Numbered from the stretch's first letter, positions 9,002 to 20,019 are shown. The stretch: DNA of 64,000 bases from an uncultured virus (IMG/VR IMGVR_UViG_3300050508_000500) (IMGVR_UViG_3300050508_000500), one strand, 5' to 3'. A program made the numbers and translations. Notes: generated from the sequence alone by a model not told the origin.

Positions 9002-12000
9002 CCACCGTTACCTGTATCCTGGTCCTGTCGCCCCTGCGGGCCGCCGATGGACACTTGCGCGTGCAGCGGGAGGTCTTTCCGGCAGGCGATCCGCTCGATG
9101 CCTATCTGCCCGAGGGCGAAGACTTGCGGCATGTCACCGTGAACGGGGCCACGATCCTGCCTGAGCATTACGCGCGCTACGTGCCGAAGGCCGGGGATGA
9201 ACTCTGGCTCTGGCCGACGTGGGGCGAACCGGCGACGTTGATTGGGATTGGTATCTCGTTGCTGGTCGGCCTCGCGGTTTCGGCGGCGTCCCATTTTCTC
9301 TTTCGTCCGAAGCCGCTCCTGCTGCCGCAGCAAAACCAGATGAGCGGCGAGGCCGAACGCACCTTTAGCTTTGAGGGGATTCGCACCGCCGTGGGGCCGG
9401 GCGCCGTCGTCCCGGTCGTGTATGGTCGCCACCGCATTGGCGGGCAACTCCTCCTGGCCACTGTCGATCAAGCCGCCGTCGTCGTGGACGATGGCACCAC
9501 GGCCCACACCGCTACGATTAGTGACGTCACGCACGGGGAACCCTCGGACATTGTGTATGTGACCGCCCCCAATCACGGCTTTGTCACGGGCCAGATTGTG
9601 TTGATCCAGGGCGTTCAAGGCAAAACAGAAGTAAATACCACCTGGGCGATTCACGTGGGCGATGCGGATACGTTTGTCCTCGATAGCTCGTGGGCCGTGG
9701 GTATCACGCATCCTTACCAGGGCGGCGGCACGGCCATGCTCTACAATCAGGGCTCGCGCAACTACCAGGCCATCACCAATCCGCCCACGCTGACGCTCAT
9801 GATCGGGCTCTGTGAAGGCCCGATTGAGGCCATCCTGACGGACACGATTCAGATTAATGGCCAACCCGTGGCCAACTTTCCGGGCGTGCAGGTCTATACC
9901 GGCCTCGGCACGGCCAATCAACCGGCCTTTGCCGAGTTTGGCGGGGCGCGCAACACGTTTGCCGACGGCCGCGACATCGGCGAGAGCCCCCTCACCTATA
10001 CCTCCAACGCCGCGTTGCATGCCTTTGTCCTCAACCTGGCCTGGCCCGAGGGCTTGTATTTTCTCAACGACAAGGGCGAAAAGCACAGCAATAATGCCGT
10101 GCTCCAGTATCGCTATGCGCCGCGCGGCACGGGCAGTTGGTCCGCGTGGACGCCCTTTCAGGTCAATGCCGACCGCACGGCGGCGGTGCGCCTGGGGATC
10201 CGCCGCGAAGGGCTCCCGTATCAAGCCTACGATATTCAGATTCAGCACCTCCGCGCGGGGAATACGGACGAACTCCGGGCACGGTATAAGAGTATCCTGG
10301 AAAGTGTGACCGAATACGTCCCGGATACGTATGCCTATCCGTACACGGCCTGGCTGGGCTTGCGCGCACTGGCTACCGATGCCTTGCGGGGGGCCTTACC
10401 CAATATCACGGTCGAGGTGCGGGGGCGTCAGGTGCGCGTGGGCTCCCTCGCGGTCCCGGAAACGTGGTCCGATAACCCCGCCTGGTGTGTGCTCGATGCG
10501 CTCACCAATCGGCGCTATGGGACGGGGGTGCCAGATAGCGAGGTGGACCTCACCGCCTTTGCCCTCTACGCCGCCTATTGTGACCAGCAAATGCAGGGTG
10601 AGCGGCGCCATACGCTGAATTACGTGCTGGACCGCGAAACGCGGGCGCAGCAATTTTTCTTAGAAACCATGGGCGGATCGCGCGGCATTCTCCTCAAAAC
10701 GGCCGGGCTCTGGACACCACGCCCGACGCGGGACGAAACGCCCACGTGTCTCCTCTCCTGGACCTCCGTGACGAATGTGCGCCTCACCTATATCCAGGAC
10801 GTGGACGCCATTAACGTCGTGGAGGCGCGCTTTGCCAGTGAAGATCAGGACTTTGAGCAAGACGTCATTACCTGGCCGACGCTGGCCAACTGGCCCCCTG
10901 AGGTCCATAAGCACAGCTTTGATTTGCGCGGCGTGACCAAGCCAAGCCGGGTCATGCGCGCCCTCCAGTATGAACTCAATCGGCGGCGCTTTGAAAATGT
11001 GCTCCTGGAGATGGACTGTTCCCTGGAAGCGCTGCCGCTGCAGATGCATGATCTCTTTCGCTTTGCCCATCCCTTGCCGGGCTGGGGCACGTCCGGGCGC
11101 ATCCAGCAAGGCTCCGATGCCGCCATCCTCCACGTCGATGAAGATTGCCTCTTTGAGCAGGACCTCACGTATGTCGTGTACGTGCGTCATGAGGACGATA
11201 CGCTCGAAGCCCGCGAGGTCCTGACCATCACGTTGGGCCCGACGCGCACGCTCCATCTGGCCGCGCAGCTCAGTTTCTTTCCGGTCCCGCGCACCTCCAC
11301 GTTCATGTTTGGGACGCTGGCCACCAATGCCAATACGCGCACGTTCCGGGTGACCAGTCTGCGGCGCAAAAATGATTTGACCGTGAGTCTCGAAGCGCTG
11401 ATTCACAACCCGAGCATCTATGATGAGGCCGTGGCGTCGCCGCTGGGGGTCATTACGACGCTCTTTAACCCGGAAGGCCCGCCGCCGCCGCTCCTCTCGC
11501 TCGTGGCAACCGAAGTGACGCGGATTCAGACGAGCGGCGCGAGTCTGCGCGTCATTAATCTCTCATGGGACGTCGCCCCCTTGAGTAGTGGCTATGCGCT
11601 CTACGGGGGCGCCATGATCTTGCGCCGCGTGCTCCTGGCGACGGGGCAAATGGGGCAGGTGGAGGCCGGGACGATTGGCGCCGGAGCGATTAGTGACCCC
11701 AATGACCCCAACTATAACTATACGCCGCTCACCCAGGTCCGGGGGCATGTGCTGGATTGGGATGACTATACGGCCATTAGTGGCTCGACGTATCAGTACC
11801 GCGTCGTCCCCATCTCGCACCTGGGGGTCCCCAATAATATCGGTGCGCGGGAAGTCGTCATTCATATTGCCGGCCCCACGACGCCCGGCTACTTCCCCGC
11901 GACGCCGCGGAACTTGCGTCTCCAGGGCCAGGCCGTGGGCGTGTCCCTGTGGGAAGGCCGGGACCTGCATGTCGAGTGGGATGCGGTGGCGGATAGCCCG

Positions 12001-14229
12001 CTCTTTAGCGAGACGTTTTTTGTGGCCTTCTACGTGGTGCAAGTCTGGGCGCCGGGGCAACTCTACTTGCTGCGGGCCTATAATGCGGCCCTGGCGCCCG
12101 CAGGCCAGAGCGTGCAGTGGACGTATACCCATCAGCAAAACGAAGAAGACCAGATTCGCAGCGGCTACGCCGGGGCGCGACGCGATCTCCAGGTGATGGT
12201 GTGGGCAGTCACCAATACCGGGCTCTTGTCGCTCGATCCTGCGGTGATCGTCGTGACCAATGCGCCGCCCGACATGAGTAATATCTTACCGGAAGCCCAG
12301 GCGCTCTTTGAGGCGGTGCGGATTGATTGGAAACAATGGATCCGCCCGCGGGATTTTGATCATTTCCTGGTGTTACTCGATGCCGGGAACCCGCCCACGA
12401 TCCCTAATCAGACGGTCGGCATTGATTTCCAGGTGCTGCTCATTCCGGATCTGCTCGCGGGCATCACCTATTATGTCCAGATTATTCCCTATGACTCGTT
12501 TGGCATTGGCATTCCGAGTGCCATTGCCTCCTTTACGCCCGTGGCCCTCACGGCCGACAAACTGGACAATACGCCACCAGCCGTGCCGACCGGCCTCCGC
12601 CTTACGACGGGGACGGATGCCAGTGCGGACGGGACGGTGATGACCTGGGTGCAGGCGCACTGGAACCCCCAGGGAGAAGAGGATCTCAACGGCTTTCAAC
12701 TCGTGTTTCGGGTGGCATCACCCAACATCCCGACCGTCGTGCAGCCGGGACGGTTTGATAGTACCTACAAAATTTTTGTCCCCGGCAATGTGACGGTCTT
12801 TGCCAAAATTGCCGCGATTGATCGCCTGGCGAATCTCAGTGCGTTTACCGATCCCGAGGTGTCCATTACGACGGGCCGCGATGGGACGCCACCGAGCGCC
12901 GCCGCGAACCTCTATGCCGTCGGCACCGTGCAAAAGATTGCGCTGCTCTGGACGCCGCCGGGCGATCTGGATTACGACTACTGTGAGGTCTGGACGTCGG
13001 GGCTCAACGATCGCAGCACGGCTGGGGTGATTGGGCAAGGCAGCTACAGCTTTGAACATACGGGGTTTGTCGCCAATCAGCGGGCCTATTATTGGATTCG
13101 TCCAGTAGATACCTCGGGCAATATTGGGCCGTTTCACCCCGTCTCGGCCACGGCAGGGGTGACGGCCGTCGCTGGGCAACTGGACGACACCTTCATTAGC
13201 TCCCTGGTGGCGACCAAAATCCTTACCGGGAAGCTCACGGCGCTGGTCAGTATTGGCGTGGCGGATCGCGTCTATATTGATGGCACCAATAGTCTGATGG
13301 TCATCCGCGATCAGTACCTGGGCAATAACCGCGTCCTCTTGGGGAAGCTCGGGCCGCTCTCGGATCAGTACGGCATTCAGATTTTTAATAGTGGCGGCGG
13401 CCTCATGTTTGACGCGAATGAGAGCGGTGTCACGGCAGCCGGAATTAAAACCGGGGTCATTAATGCGGGGCATCTGCGCACCGATACGGCGGTCATTACG
13501 GGCGTGGCTCAAATCCAAGATGCGCTGATCCGCAATGCGCATATTCTGGACCTGGCTGCTGACAAAATCATTGCGGGCACGATTAACGCGCAGGTGTTCC
13601 TGGGGGGGCCGGTAGCCGGATCCATTGCCCCGATTGTCCTTGACGGCGTCAATCGCCAGATCATTCTCCGGGACGATAACGGCACGATTCGCGTCTGGAT
13701 TGGGCGGATTGCGGCAGGGCCGACCAACTATAGCATCCTGATTTACCACGCGGATGGCTCCCTCATGTGGAGCCCGGAGACCGGGGCGCAAACGCCCGGC
13801 ATTGCCCCGTCCGCGGTCGTCACGGAGAAGATCTACGTCAACGCCGTCACCAACAGCGTGTCGTATACGGACATTGTGGGGCTCAGTGTGACGATCAGTG
13901 AGACGGCGCTGGCGTCGCTTGTGTTTGATTTGAACGAGGGCGATCAAGTCTGGGTGACCCTCACCGCCACCGTGAGCGTGGCCACGCTCGACGACGCGTG
14001 TGAGCTGCGCGTTCGGGAAAATAGCGCGGCTTCGGGGTCGCCAGAACTCGCGTATGGCCAAACGAATAACCCGGGGCGCAGTACGATGGTGTGCCAGGGC
14101 GTCTATACCGCCCCCAGTGGCTTTAGCGGGACGAAAGCCTTTGTGGGCACGTTTAAGAATGGAGGCGTGGCCGGGAATTCCATCGGCGCCGATCATATCA
14201 AGATGGTCGGCTTTCGGAGGCAGCGCTAG
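8932..14229 (+). CDS. Tail tip / host specificity protein (gpI+gpJ-like, FnIII repeats); start uncertain
   Basis: 1765 aa; VPVVYGRHRIGGQ, GLCEGPI, WSDNPAWC motifs; FnIII-like DNTPPAVPTGL...YYWIRPVDTSGN. Confidence 0.9.
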   Translation: MYGVDEALGAPPDADCAVAAAPVATVTCILVLSPLRAADGHLRVQREVFPAGDPLDAYLPEGEDLRHVTVNGATILPEHYARYVPKAGDELWLWPTWGEPATLIGIGISLLVGLAVSAASHFLFRPKPLLLPQQNQMSGEAERTFSFEGIRTAVGPGAVVPVVYGRHRIGGQLLLATVDQAAVVVDDGTTAHTATISDVTHGEPSDIVYVTAPNHGFVTGQIVLIQGVQGKTEVNTTWAIHVGDADTFVLDSSWAVGITHPYQGGGTAMLYNQGSRNYQAITNPPTLTLMIGLCEGPIEAILTDTIQINGQPVANFPGVQVYTGLGTANQPAFAEFGGARNTFADGRDIGESPLTYTSNAALHAFVLNLAWPEGLYFLNDKGEKHSNNAVLQYRYAPRGTGSWSAWTPFQVNADRTAAVRLGIRREGLPYQAYDIQIQHLRAGNTDELRARYKSILESVTEYVPDTYAYPYTAWLGLRALATDALRGALPNITVEVRGRQVRVGSLAVPETWSDNPAWCVLDALTNRRYGTGVPDSEVDLTAFALYAAYCDQQMQGERRHTLNYVLDRETRAQQFFLETMGGSRGILLKTAGLWTPRPTRDETPTCLLSWTSVTNVRLTYIQDVDAINVVEARFASEDQDFEQDVITWPTLANWPPEVHKHSFDLRGVTKPSRVMRALQYELNRRRFENVLLEMDCSLEALPLQMHDLFRFAHPLPGWGTSGRIQQGSDAAILHVDEDCLFEQDLTYVVYVRHEDDTLEAREVLTITLGPTRTLHLAAQLSFFPVPRTSTFMFGTLATNANTRTFRVTSLRRKNDLTVSLEALIHNPSIYDEAVASPLGVITTLFNPEGPPPPLLSLVATEVTRIQTSGASLRVINLSWDVAPLSSGYALYGGAMILRRVLLATGQMGQVEAGTIGAGAISDPNDPNYNYTPLTQVRGHVLDWDDYTAISGSTYQYRVVPISHLGVPNNIGAREVVIHIAGPTTPGYFPATPRNLRLQGQAVGVSLWEGRDLHVEWDAVADSPLFSETFFVAFYVVQVWAPGQLYLLRAYNAALAPAGQSVQWTYTHQQNEEDQIRSGYAGARRDLQVMVWAVTNTGLLSLDPAVIVVTNAPPDMSNILPEAQALFEAVRIDWKQWIRPRDFDHFLVLLDAGNPPTIPNQTVGIDFQVLLIPDLLAGITYYVQIIPYDSFGIGIPSAIASFTPVALTADKLDNTPPAVPTGLRLTTGTDASADGTVMTWVQAHWNPQGEEDLNGFQLVFRVASPNIPTVVQPGRFDSTYKIFVPGNVTVFAKIAAIDRLANLSAFTDPEVSITTGRDGTPPSAAANLYAVGTVQKIALLWTPPGDLDYDYCEVWTSGLNDRSTAGVIGQGSYSFEHTGFVANQRAYYWIRPVDTSGNIGPFHPVSATAGVTAVAGQLDDTFISSLVATKILTGKLTALVSIGVADRVYIDGTNSLMVIRDQYLGNNRVLLGKLGPLSDQYGIQIFNSGGGLMFDANESGVTAAGIKTGVINAGHLRTDTAVITGVAQIQDALIRNAHILDLAADKIIAGTINAQVFLGGPVAGSIAPIVLDGVNRQIILRDDNGTIRVWIGRIAAGPTNYSILIYHADGSLMWSPETGAQTPGIAPSAVVTEKIYVNAVTNSVSYTDIVGLSVTISETALASLVFDLNEGDQVWVTLTATVSVATLDDACELRVRENSAASGSPELAYGQTNNPGRSTMVCQGVYTAPSGFSGTKAFVGTFKNGGVAGNSIGADHIKMVGFRRQR

Positions 14230-14232
14230 CGT

Positions 14233-14559
14233 ATGGCCTATCTGGTCAAATACCGCACGGATGACGGGACCATTGTCGGGCTCTGGGAAAGTAATGCGCG
14301 GGTCTTTCTGGAAGCCCAGCGCGGCGCGGACGAGCCCGGCTATGGGTATCTCATCCGCGACGAGACGGCGCCGTCCCGCATGCAGGAGCAGTGGCGCGTG
14401 CTGGGGGACCAGGTGGTCCAGGACGTCCGCCCGCGTACCCTCCAGCCGCAGGGTCCCTCTCTCACTGGGACAGGCGTGACGCTGACGACGCTGGCGGAGC
14501 AGGTGGCGGCACTGACGACGCGGGTGGAGGCCCTCGAAGCCTTGAAAGTACAGTCTTAA
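14233..14559 (+). CDS. Hypothetical tail-associated protein with C-terminal coiled coil
   Basis: Tightly coupled to the gpJ-like gene; ends LTTRVEALEAL. Confidence 0.55.
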   Translation: MAYLVKYRTDDGTIVGLWESNARVFLEAQRGADEPGYGYLIRDETAPSRMQEQWRVLGDQVVQDVRPRTLQPQGPSLTGTGVTLTTLAEQVAALTTRVEALEALKVQS

Positions 14560-14595
14560 TATGACACAACATAGTTTGTAAGAAGAGAGTTTAAA

Positions 14596-16089
14596 GTGGC
14601 TCAACTCGGCGCGGGAATCGGGACTGGCTACCCAGGAGTCATCGACACACGGCAGACGTTTATCAATGCGCCGCCGATGGCTCCCGATAGTGCCAGTCGC
14701 CTGGATTCGGAAGTCATCAACGATGCCTTGGCGGCCATGGTCGCGGTCCAGACGGTCCTCGGCTCCAATCCGCAAGGCACGTTTGGCTCGCTCGCCGCGC
14801 GGCTCCAGCAGTTTCTCCCTGGGGGTGGCGAGAGCCCGCTCTTTTTTACCTTCAATGCCACCACGAGCGTCACCATTGCGGGGACCACGCATCGCCTCGG
14901 CACGCCCGCACCGCTTTTCCAGGCGTACAATGCGGAAACCCCGCGCCAGGTGATTCAGCCCAATACCGTAGCCATTGATACGCTCACCTATGATGCCACG
15001 TTTACCTTCCTCACGCCGCAAACGGGGATCATCAGTCTCGCGGCGCCGAGTCCGCAATATACGGTGTCCTTTACCAATCAGACGACCGTGAGTATTCCCG
15101 GCAGTACGCACGCCCTGGGGACTGCAGACCTCCTCGTACGCGTCTATACCGTGAGCGGCAGCCAGAATATCCTGACGCAGGTGCCCGTCAGTATTGCCCC
15201 GGCGACGGCGGATGTAACAGTCACTTTTGTCACGCCTGCGAGTGGCACGATCATTGTCAGTGCGGCCGGCCCACGGTTTGTGGCCACCTTTGCCAGTGCC
15301 ACGACGGTGAGCGTGCCCGGCGCCACGCATGGGCTCGGGACGTCCGCGTTGCTCTTTGCTGTCTATGACAACGCGAGTCCGCGCCAGAGCCTGCTGCCCA
15401 ACAGCATTACAGTAGATCCGAATTCGCATGACGTGGTCATGACCTTCGTAACCCCCACGAGCGGGCGGCTGATCATCGTCAAAGCCACCGCCATTACCGG
15501 GACCGATTTTGAAATCCGGGACGCGGGCGTCACGAATGCCTCAGCCGTGCGCGTCTTAAGTGACGACGGTGCACTCCTCCTCCAGATGGGCAGCGGCGAG
15601 GCCGTGGAAACCCTGAACAAAACCGGGACGGTCGTGCAGCGGACCGATAATAGCGGCAATTTGATGATTACCGGCACAGCGACCAAACCGGGTGGCGGCA
15701 GTTGGCTCAGTCCCTCAGACGAACGGCTCAAAAAGGATATCGAGCCGTTTGTGGAGGGGCTTGAGGTGCTCCTGGCGCTCGATCCGATCTGGTTTCGCTA
15801 TAACGGCCAGGGCGGCATCCCGATTACGCGCCAGCGGCACATCGGCCTGCGGGCGCAAGTCGTGCAGGCTGTGGCGCCCTATATGGTGACGAGTCGCCGG
15901 GGCGTGCTGACGCCTAACAGCGAGGAGACGGACCTCCTGGCGCTCGATACCGAGGCCCTGCCGTACCTGCTCCTCAATGCGCTCAAAACGGTGTATCAGC
16001 TCCTGGAGACGGTGCGCCAGGAGAAAGAGCAATTGGCCGAGCGTGTGACGGTGCTCGAAGCCCTCGCCCAGAAAGGAGGTCTTGCGTGA
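14596..16089 (+). CDS. Tail fibre with C-terminal intramolecular chaperone (peptidase S74)
   Basis: Three about 70-aa repeats (TxVxxxGxTHxLGT...TFxTPxxG); SDERLKKDI...HIGLRAQ and terminal coiled coil. Confidence 0.85.
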   Translation: MAQLGAGIGTGYPGVIDTRQTFINAPPMAPDSASRLDSEVINDALAAMVAVQTVLGSNPQGTFGSLAARLQQFLPGGGESPLFFTFNATTSVTIAGTTHRLGTPAPLFQAYNAETPRQVIQPNTVAIDTLTYDATFTFLTPQTGIISLAAPSPQYTVSFTNQTTVSIPGSTHALGTADLLVRVYTVSGSQNILTQVPVSIAPATADVTVTFVTPASGTIIVSAAGPRFVATFASATTVSVPGATHGLGTSALLFAVYDNASPRQSLLPNSITVDPNSHDVVMTFVTPTSGRLIIVKATAITGTDFEIRDAGVTNASAVRVLSDDGALLLQMGSGEAVETLNKTGTVVQRTDNSGNLMITGTATKPGGGSWLSPSDERLKKDIEPFVEGLEVLLALDPIWFRYNGQGGIPITRQRHIGLRAQVVQAVAPYMVTSRRGVLTPNSEETDLLALDTEALPYLLLNALKTVYQLLETVRQEKEQLAERVTVLEALAQKGGLA

Positions 16090-16559
16090 GACGCCTGGGG
16101 ATCCCCCTGCTCCTGATGGCCCTGTGGAGCACGCCCGCCTGGGCACAAGGGCAGTTTTTTAACTCGAACTTGACCGTAGCAGGCACGATCAACGCCGGGA
16201 CGGCCACGGGGAGCGGCAATGCCTATGTGCTGACGCTCAACCCGCCGATTGGGGCCTATGTGACCAATCAATGCTTTATGTTTCAGGCCAACCATACCGT
16301 GACGGGCGCGGCGACGCTCAATATCAATGCCCGGGGCGTGAAGGCGCTGCGGAAGTTTGTGTCGACGGTGTCGACGGACCTGGCCGCGAATGACATTGCG
16401 AATGGACAGATCATCACGGTCTGCTATGACGGCACCAACATGCAACTGACGGGCGGCGGGCCGGGTGGCGCCGGCGGGGGGGGCGGGGGCGGCGGCGTCC
16501 CGGCCTTTGTGACCGCCACGACGGCCCTCAGTGCCCATGCCAACGCGGGAGGACTCTAG
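16086..16559 (+). CDS. Signal-peptide protein with tail-fibre-like domain
   Basis: MRRLGIPLLLMALWSTPAWA; NAYVLTLNP...TGAATLNIN...YDGTNMQL resembles fibre modules. Confidence 0.65.
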   Translation: MRRLGIPLLLMALWSTPAWAQGQFFNSNLTVAGTINAGTATGSGNAYVLTLNPPIGAYVTNQCFMFQANHTVTGAATLNINARGVKALRKFVSTVSTDLAANDIANGQIITVCYDGTNMQLTGGGPGGAGGGGGGGGVPAFVTATTALSAHANAGGL

Positions 16560-16560
16560 G

Positions 16561-17058
16561 ATGCGCGGACGACGAGTGATGGGCTTCCTGGCCCTGCTAG
16601 GGGCCTTCCTGGCGGGGTCAAGCTGGGCGGCAGTCACGCCCAATAGTCCGGTCTTCATGCAGACGCCCACGGTGGGCAAGGTGCAATTTCTCCAGGGCAC
16701 CGACACGGCAGGGACCTATAAAACGCTCTATGCCGCGGGCACGAACGGGGCGCGCTGTAATGCGATGTGGCTCACCACGGATGACGGGACGACGACGCAT
16801 CTCGTGACGGTGCAAATCGTGAGCGGCGGCATCCGGTTCGGCGGGGTGGCGGCTCAGACGCTCGTGAGTCAAGGCTTTGCCAGTGGGACACCCGCCCTCA
16901 ACCTGTTGGCGCCGACGCTCTGGCCGGGCTTGCCGCTCGATAGCGACGGGAATCCCTATATCCAACTGGCCAGCGGCGATACGCTCCAGGCCACCTATAC
17001 GATCGCGCTGACGGCGGCCACCCGGATTAATCTTATTGTAAGCTGCGGTGAGTTTTAG
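16561..17058 (+). CDS. Secreted beta-rich hypothetical protein
   Basis: MRGRRVMGFLALLGAFLAGSSWA signal peptide. Confidence 0.65.
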   Translation: MRGRRVMGFLALLGAFLAGSSWAAVTPNSPVFMQTPTVGKVQFLQGTDTAGTYKTLYAAGTNGARCNAMWLTTDDGTTTHLVTVQIVSGGIRFGGVAAQTLVSQGFASGTPALNLLAPTLWPGLPLDSDGNPYIQLASGDTLQATYTIALTAATRINLIVSCGEF

Positions 17059-17083
17059 GCCGTATTGTCCTATGGGAGTGTTC

Positions 17084-18019
17084 ATGATGCGACGATGCCT
17101 GCTCTGTCTGCTCTTCCTGCTCACTAGCGGCACGTTCGCCCTCAGCGAGGCGCAGCAACTGGGCGGTCGGATGCATAGTAGCAACCTGCGCCTGAACAAG
17201 CTGCGGGCGGGCACGCTCACTAATTGCGGCAGCAACAACTTTGTGAGCGGCTGGCGCCCCGATGGCACGACGATTTGTACCGCATTCGCCCTCGATATTA
17301 GCAATGTGGTCATGCTCACAGCCCCGCAAAAGGTCACGAATAAGCAAATCGTTCCCAAGGCGGTCGCGTATACGCCGGCGGGGACGCCGTTGTCCATTAC
17401 GCCCAATCTGGATACGACCGATGTCGTGGTGGTCGATGGCATTACCGGGGACCTCACGATCAACGCGCCCATCGGCACGGGCGGCAATCCCACCGAGGAG
17501 CAAGAGGTCTCGTTTCGGTTTAAGTCGACCACGCCCCGGGCGCTCACGTGGCACGCCATCTATACCACCGAAAACGGCATTCCGCTCCCGAGTGCCACCA
17601 CCGGAGACGGCACCACGACGGATCGCGTGAAAGTGCTCTACAATGCGGTCTCCGCCAAGTATGGGGCCGTGGCCACCACGCGGGGCATTGGGCGCGGCAT
17701 TACCACGAGTACAGGCACGGCCACCAGCCTGAACTGCAATGCGCAGATCGCCGCCCTGTGCCGGCACACCATGACCGGGGCGGCGGGGACGCTCACCATT
17801 ACCGTGAGTGGCACGGTGACGGATGGCACGCTGACGCGTATTAGTCTCAAATGCACCAACGCGCAGACCTTGACGCTGAGCACAGCAGGCTTTTTGCCGT
17901 CGCCCAATATTCCTCTCGCCATGACCTGTCCTGCCACGGCTGCCGGGATGGGCTGGTTTGATATTGGTTTGTCCTATTCGCAAGCGGACGGCAAACATCA
18001 GGTGATTGCTACGAACTGA
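17084..18019 (+). CDS. Secreted Thr/Gly-rich fibre-like protein
   Basis: MMRRCLLCLLFLLTSGTFALSEA signal peptide; LTINAPIGT...RALTW fibre-like motif. Confidence 0.6.
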   Translation: MMRRCLLCLLFLLTSGTFALSEAQQLGGRMHSSNLRLNKLRAGTLTNCGSNNFVSGWRPDGTTICTAFALDISNVVMLTAPQKVTNKQIVPKAVAYTPAGTPLSITPNLDTTDVVVVDGITGDLTINAPIGTGGNPTEEQEVSFRFKSTTPRALTWHAIYTTENGIPLPSATTGDGTTTDRVKVLYNAVSAKYGAVATTRGIGRGITTSTGTATSLNCNAQIAALCRHTMTGAAGTLTITVSGTVTDGTLTRISLKCTNAQTLTLSTAGFLPSPNIPLAMTCPATAAGMGWFDIGLSYSQADGKHQVIATN

Positions 18020-18031
18020 TGGAGTGTATGC

Positions 18032-18667
18032 ATGGCGACTCAAAGAACTCTTTTTAGCTCAGGATGGTGCATAACGCTGGTGTGCGGGCTGCTCCTCTTA
18101 GTGCCTTGGGTAGTCTGGGGCGGCGCAGCAACGACCCTCACCGAGGCGCAGTATCAGCAACTGAAGACCCAAATTACGGTGACGGACGTGAACGAGAATC
18201 AAGCCGATGTCGCCGCCGGGCGGGATCAGGTCATTGCGGACAGGTACAACCAACCAGTGACGCCCACGTTCCAGGTCTACAAAACGGCCGTGACGCGCAA
18301 GACGATTCTTTTTGAGAAGTCTCCTGCCAATACGAGCTTTATCTTTGAGGGCAATGGCTACTTGACCTTGACTGTTCAGGAGTTGATGACTTTTCATGAC
18401 TTTTTTGATGGCCCGAGCCTGGTGATGGACGCGAGTTTGCCCAATGTCCACAGTGCCCTCGATGCGATTTTCAAACTCCCGGGCAATGCCACGAATAATC
18501 GCAACCACATTAAACAGCAGTCGTCACGCGCCGTCACCCGCGCAGAAAAAATCTATGTCACCGGAACCAATGCCGGCACGACTGCGGATCCAGGCTTTCT
18601 TGTCTGGGAAGGCTTCTTGACGCAGCACGATATCCGGTACGCGCTCCGAGGAGGGCCACTGCCATGA
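18032..18667 (+). CDS. Secreted hypothetical protein
   Basis: Hydrophobic N-terminus LVCGLLLLVPWVVWG; overlaps next start. Confidence 0.6.
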   Translation: MATQRTLFSSGWCITLVCGLLLLVPWVVWGGAATTLTEAQYQQLKTQITVTDVNENQADVAAGRDQVIADRYNQPVTPTFQVYKTAVTRKTILFEKSPANTSFIFEGNGYLTLTVQELMTFHDFFDGPSLVMDASLPNVHSALDAIFKLPGNATNNRNHIKQQSSRAVTRAEKIYVTGTNAGTTADPGFLVWEGFLTQHDIRYALRGGPLP

Positions 18668-19164
18668 GGACACGTCTTGCTTCCCTCCTTTTCCTGAGTC
18701 TTGTGCTCTGGGTGTCACCGCTCTGGGCCGCGTCCCCCTTCGTGTGGCTCCGGGGCACGATCGACACCTGGATTACCACGAGTACCGGATTGGCGAGTGG
18801 CTCCAGCGTGCTTTCTGGCAACATTACGCTTGCAAGTGCCAACTACACCCGCGCAGATTGTGAGCTGAGTACTGGGGCCTGGAGTGGGACTGTGGCAGCC
18901 AATACGGCGGTCGTGGTGTGGCTCATTCGGCAAGCAGACGGCACCAATTTTGAAGACGGTACTACTGGCGCTGATCCAGCCAGGATCCCTGATTTCATCT
19001 TTCCCCTGCGCGCGGTTAGCACGGCCCAGCGCATTGTGATTCCGAGCATTGAACTCCCGCGGGGGGTGTTCAAGGCTCTCCTCAAAAATGACGGCACGGG
19101 CGTGACCCTCCAGGGCGCCCCATGGACCTTACGATGCACCCCGTACGTGTTACAAATACCCTAG
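18664..19164 (+). CDS. Secreted beta-sandwich hypothetical protein
   Basis: MRTRLASLLFLSLVLWVSPLWA signal peptide; DGTNFEDG motif. Confidence 0.6.
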   Translation: MRTRLASLLFLSLVLWVSPLWAASPFVWLRGTIDTWITTSTGLASGSSVLSGNITLASANYTRADCELSTGAWSGTVAANTAVVVWLIRQADGTNFEDGTTGADPARIPDFIFPLRAVSTAQRIVIPSIELPRGVFKALLKNDGTGVTLQGAPWTLRCTPYVLQIP

Positions 19165-20009
19165 CGCTGCTCCTGCTGCTAACGCTGCTGAGTACGCCAG
19201 CGCTCGCGCAACCCCGGCTGGACCGGAATGCGCCGACCGCCCAGGGGCTCCTCGCTTGGTGGCGCGTGGTCGCAGGCGTGAGCGGGGGACGCACCTGGTA
19301 CGATCTTACCGGGCGCTTCCCGCTAGCCGTGACCAATATCGACACGGCGGGGAGTAGTGGCGCGGGGGCGACGACGCGGCCTGGCGGGCAGGGCGAAATG
19401 CGCTTCGACGGAACGAATGATTATGCCACCCATCCGGTCACTGCGCAGTTGTGGCCCCCCGCCGTCAGTATCCTCTTGTGGATGAAGCGGACCGCCACCG
19501 GCAACGACTATCAAGGCCTCGTGACGGGGGGGAATAATAGTGGATTCCGCGATATTATCGTGCGATCCAGTGGAGGCATGAACGTGTCGTTTGTCACGTC
19601 GACGTCCAGTTACCTGCAACAAGACAATGCCAATCCTGGCGCCATTCCTGTGGGGGTCTGGACGCATCTGGCCTATACCTACAGTAGTGCCACGGGCTTG
19701 CAAGGGTATACCAACTGTCTCCCCACCACGTTTAATGGGGCCTCGGGGACGATGTACCCGGTGACCACGCTGCCGACCGTGGTGGGCACGTTAGACGTGG
19801 CAGCGCCGTCGCTCTATTTTCCCGGCGCCATGGATGACATTAAACTCTACAATCGGGCGTTATCTGGGCAGGAAGTGTGTCAGGTCATGCGGGACTCCCA
19901 GCGGGGTGAGCCGAAGTTACTCCCCCCGTCGCTGCTCGTGGGGGTCGTGCCGCCGCTGGTCGTGGGCGGCCCCAAGAGCCGCTTTTTCCCCTTTTTCCAG
20001 GCCCCCTGA
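19134..20009 (+). CDS. Secreted LamG / ConA-like lectin domain protein
   Basis: Signal LALLLLLTLLSTPALA; FDGTNDY, WTHLAYTY, GAMDDIKLYNRALS. Confidence 0.85.
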   Translation: MHPVRVTNTLALLLLLTLLSTPALAQPRLDRNAPTAQGLLAWWRVVAGVSGGRTWYDLTGRFPLAVTNIDTAGSSGAGATTRPGGQGEMRFDGTNDYATHPVTAQLWPPAVSILLWMKRTATGNDYQGLVTGGNNSGFRDIIVRSSGGMNVSFVTSTSSYLQQDNANPGAIPVGVWTHLAYTYSSATGLQGYTNCLPTTFNGASGTMYPVTTLPTVVGTLDVAAPSLYFPGAMDDIKLYNRALSGQEVCQVMRDSQRGEPKLLPPSLLVGVVPPLVVGGPKSRFFPFFQAP

Positions 20010-20019
20010 AAGGATCCGT

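Noticed and set aside
12718..15429. 903-aa minus-strand ORF and similar long antisense ORFs (5000-6430, 8872-10248, 32816-34159, 34789-36357)
   Set aside because: Opposite well-supported genes; expected from GC-rich codon bias.
826..16089. Gene transfer agent or tailocin
   Set aside because: Linked replication, regulation, terminase and portal genes plus homing endonucleases indicate an autonomous phage genome.
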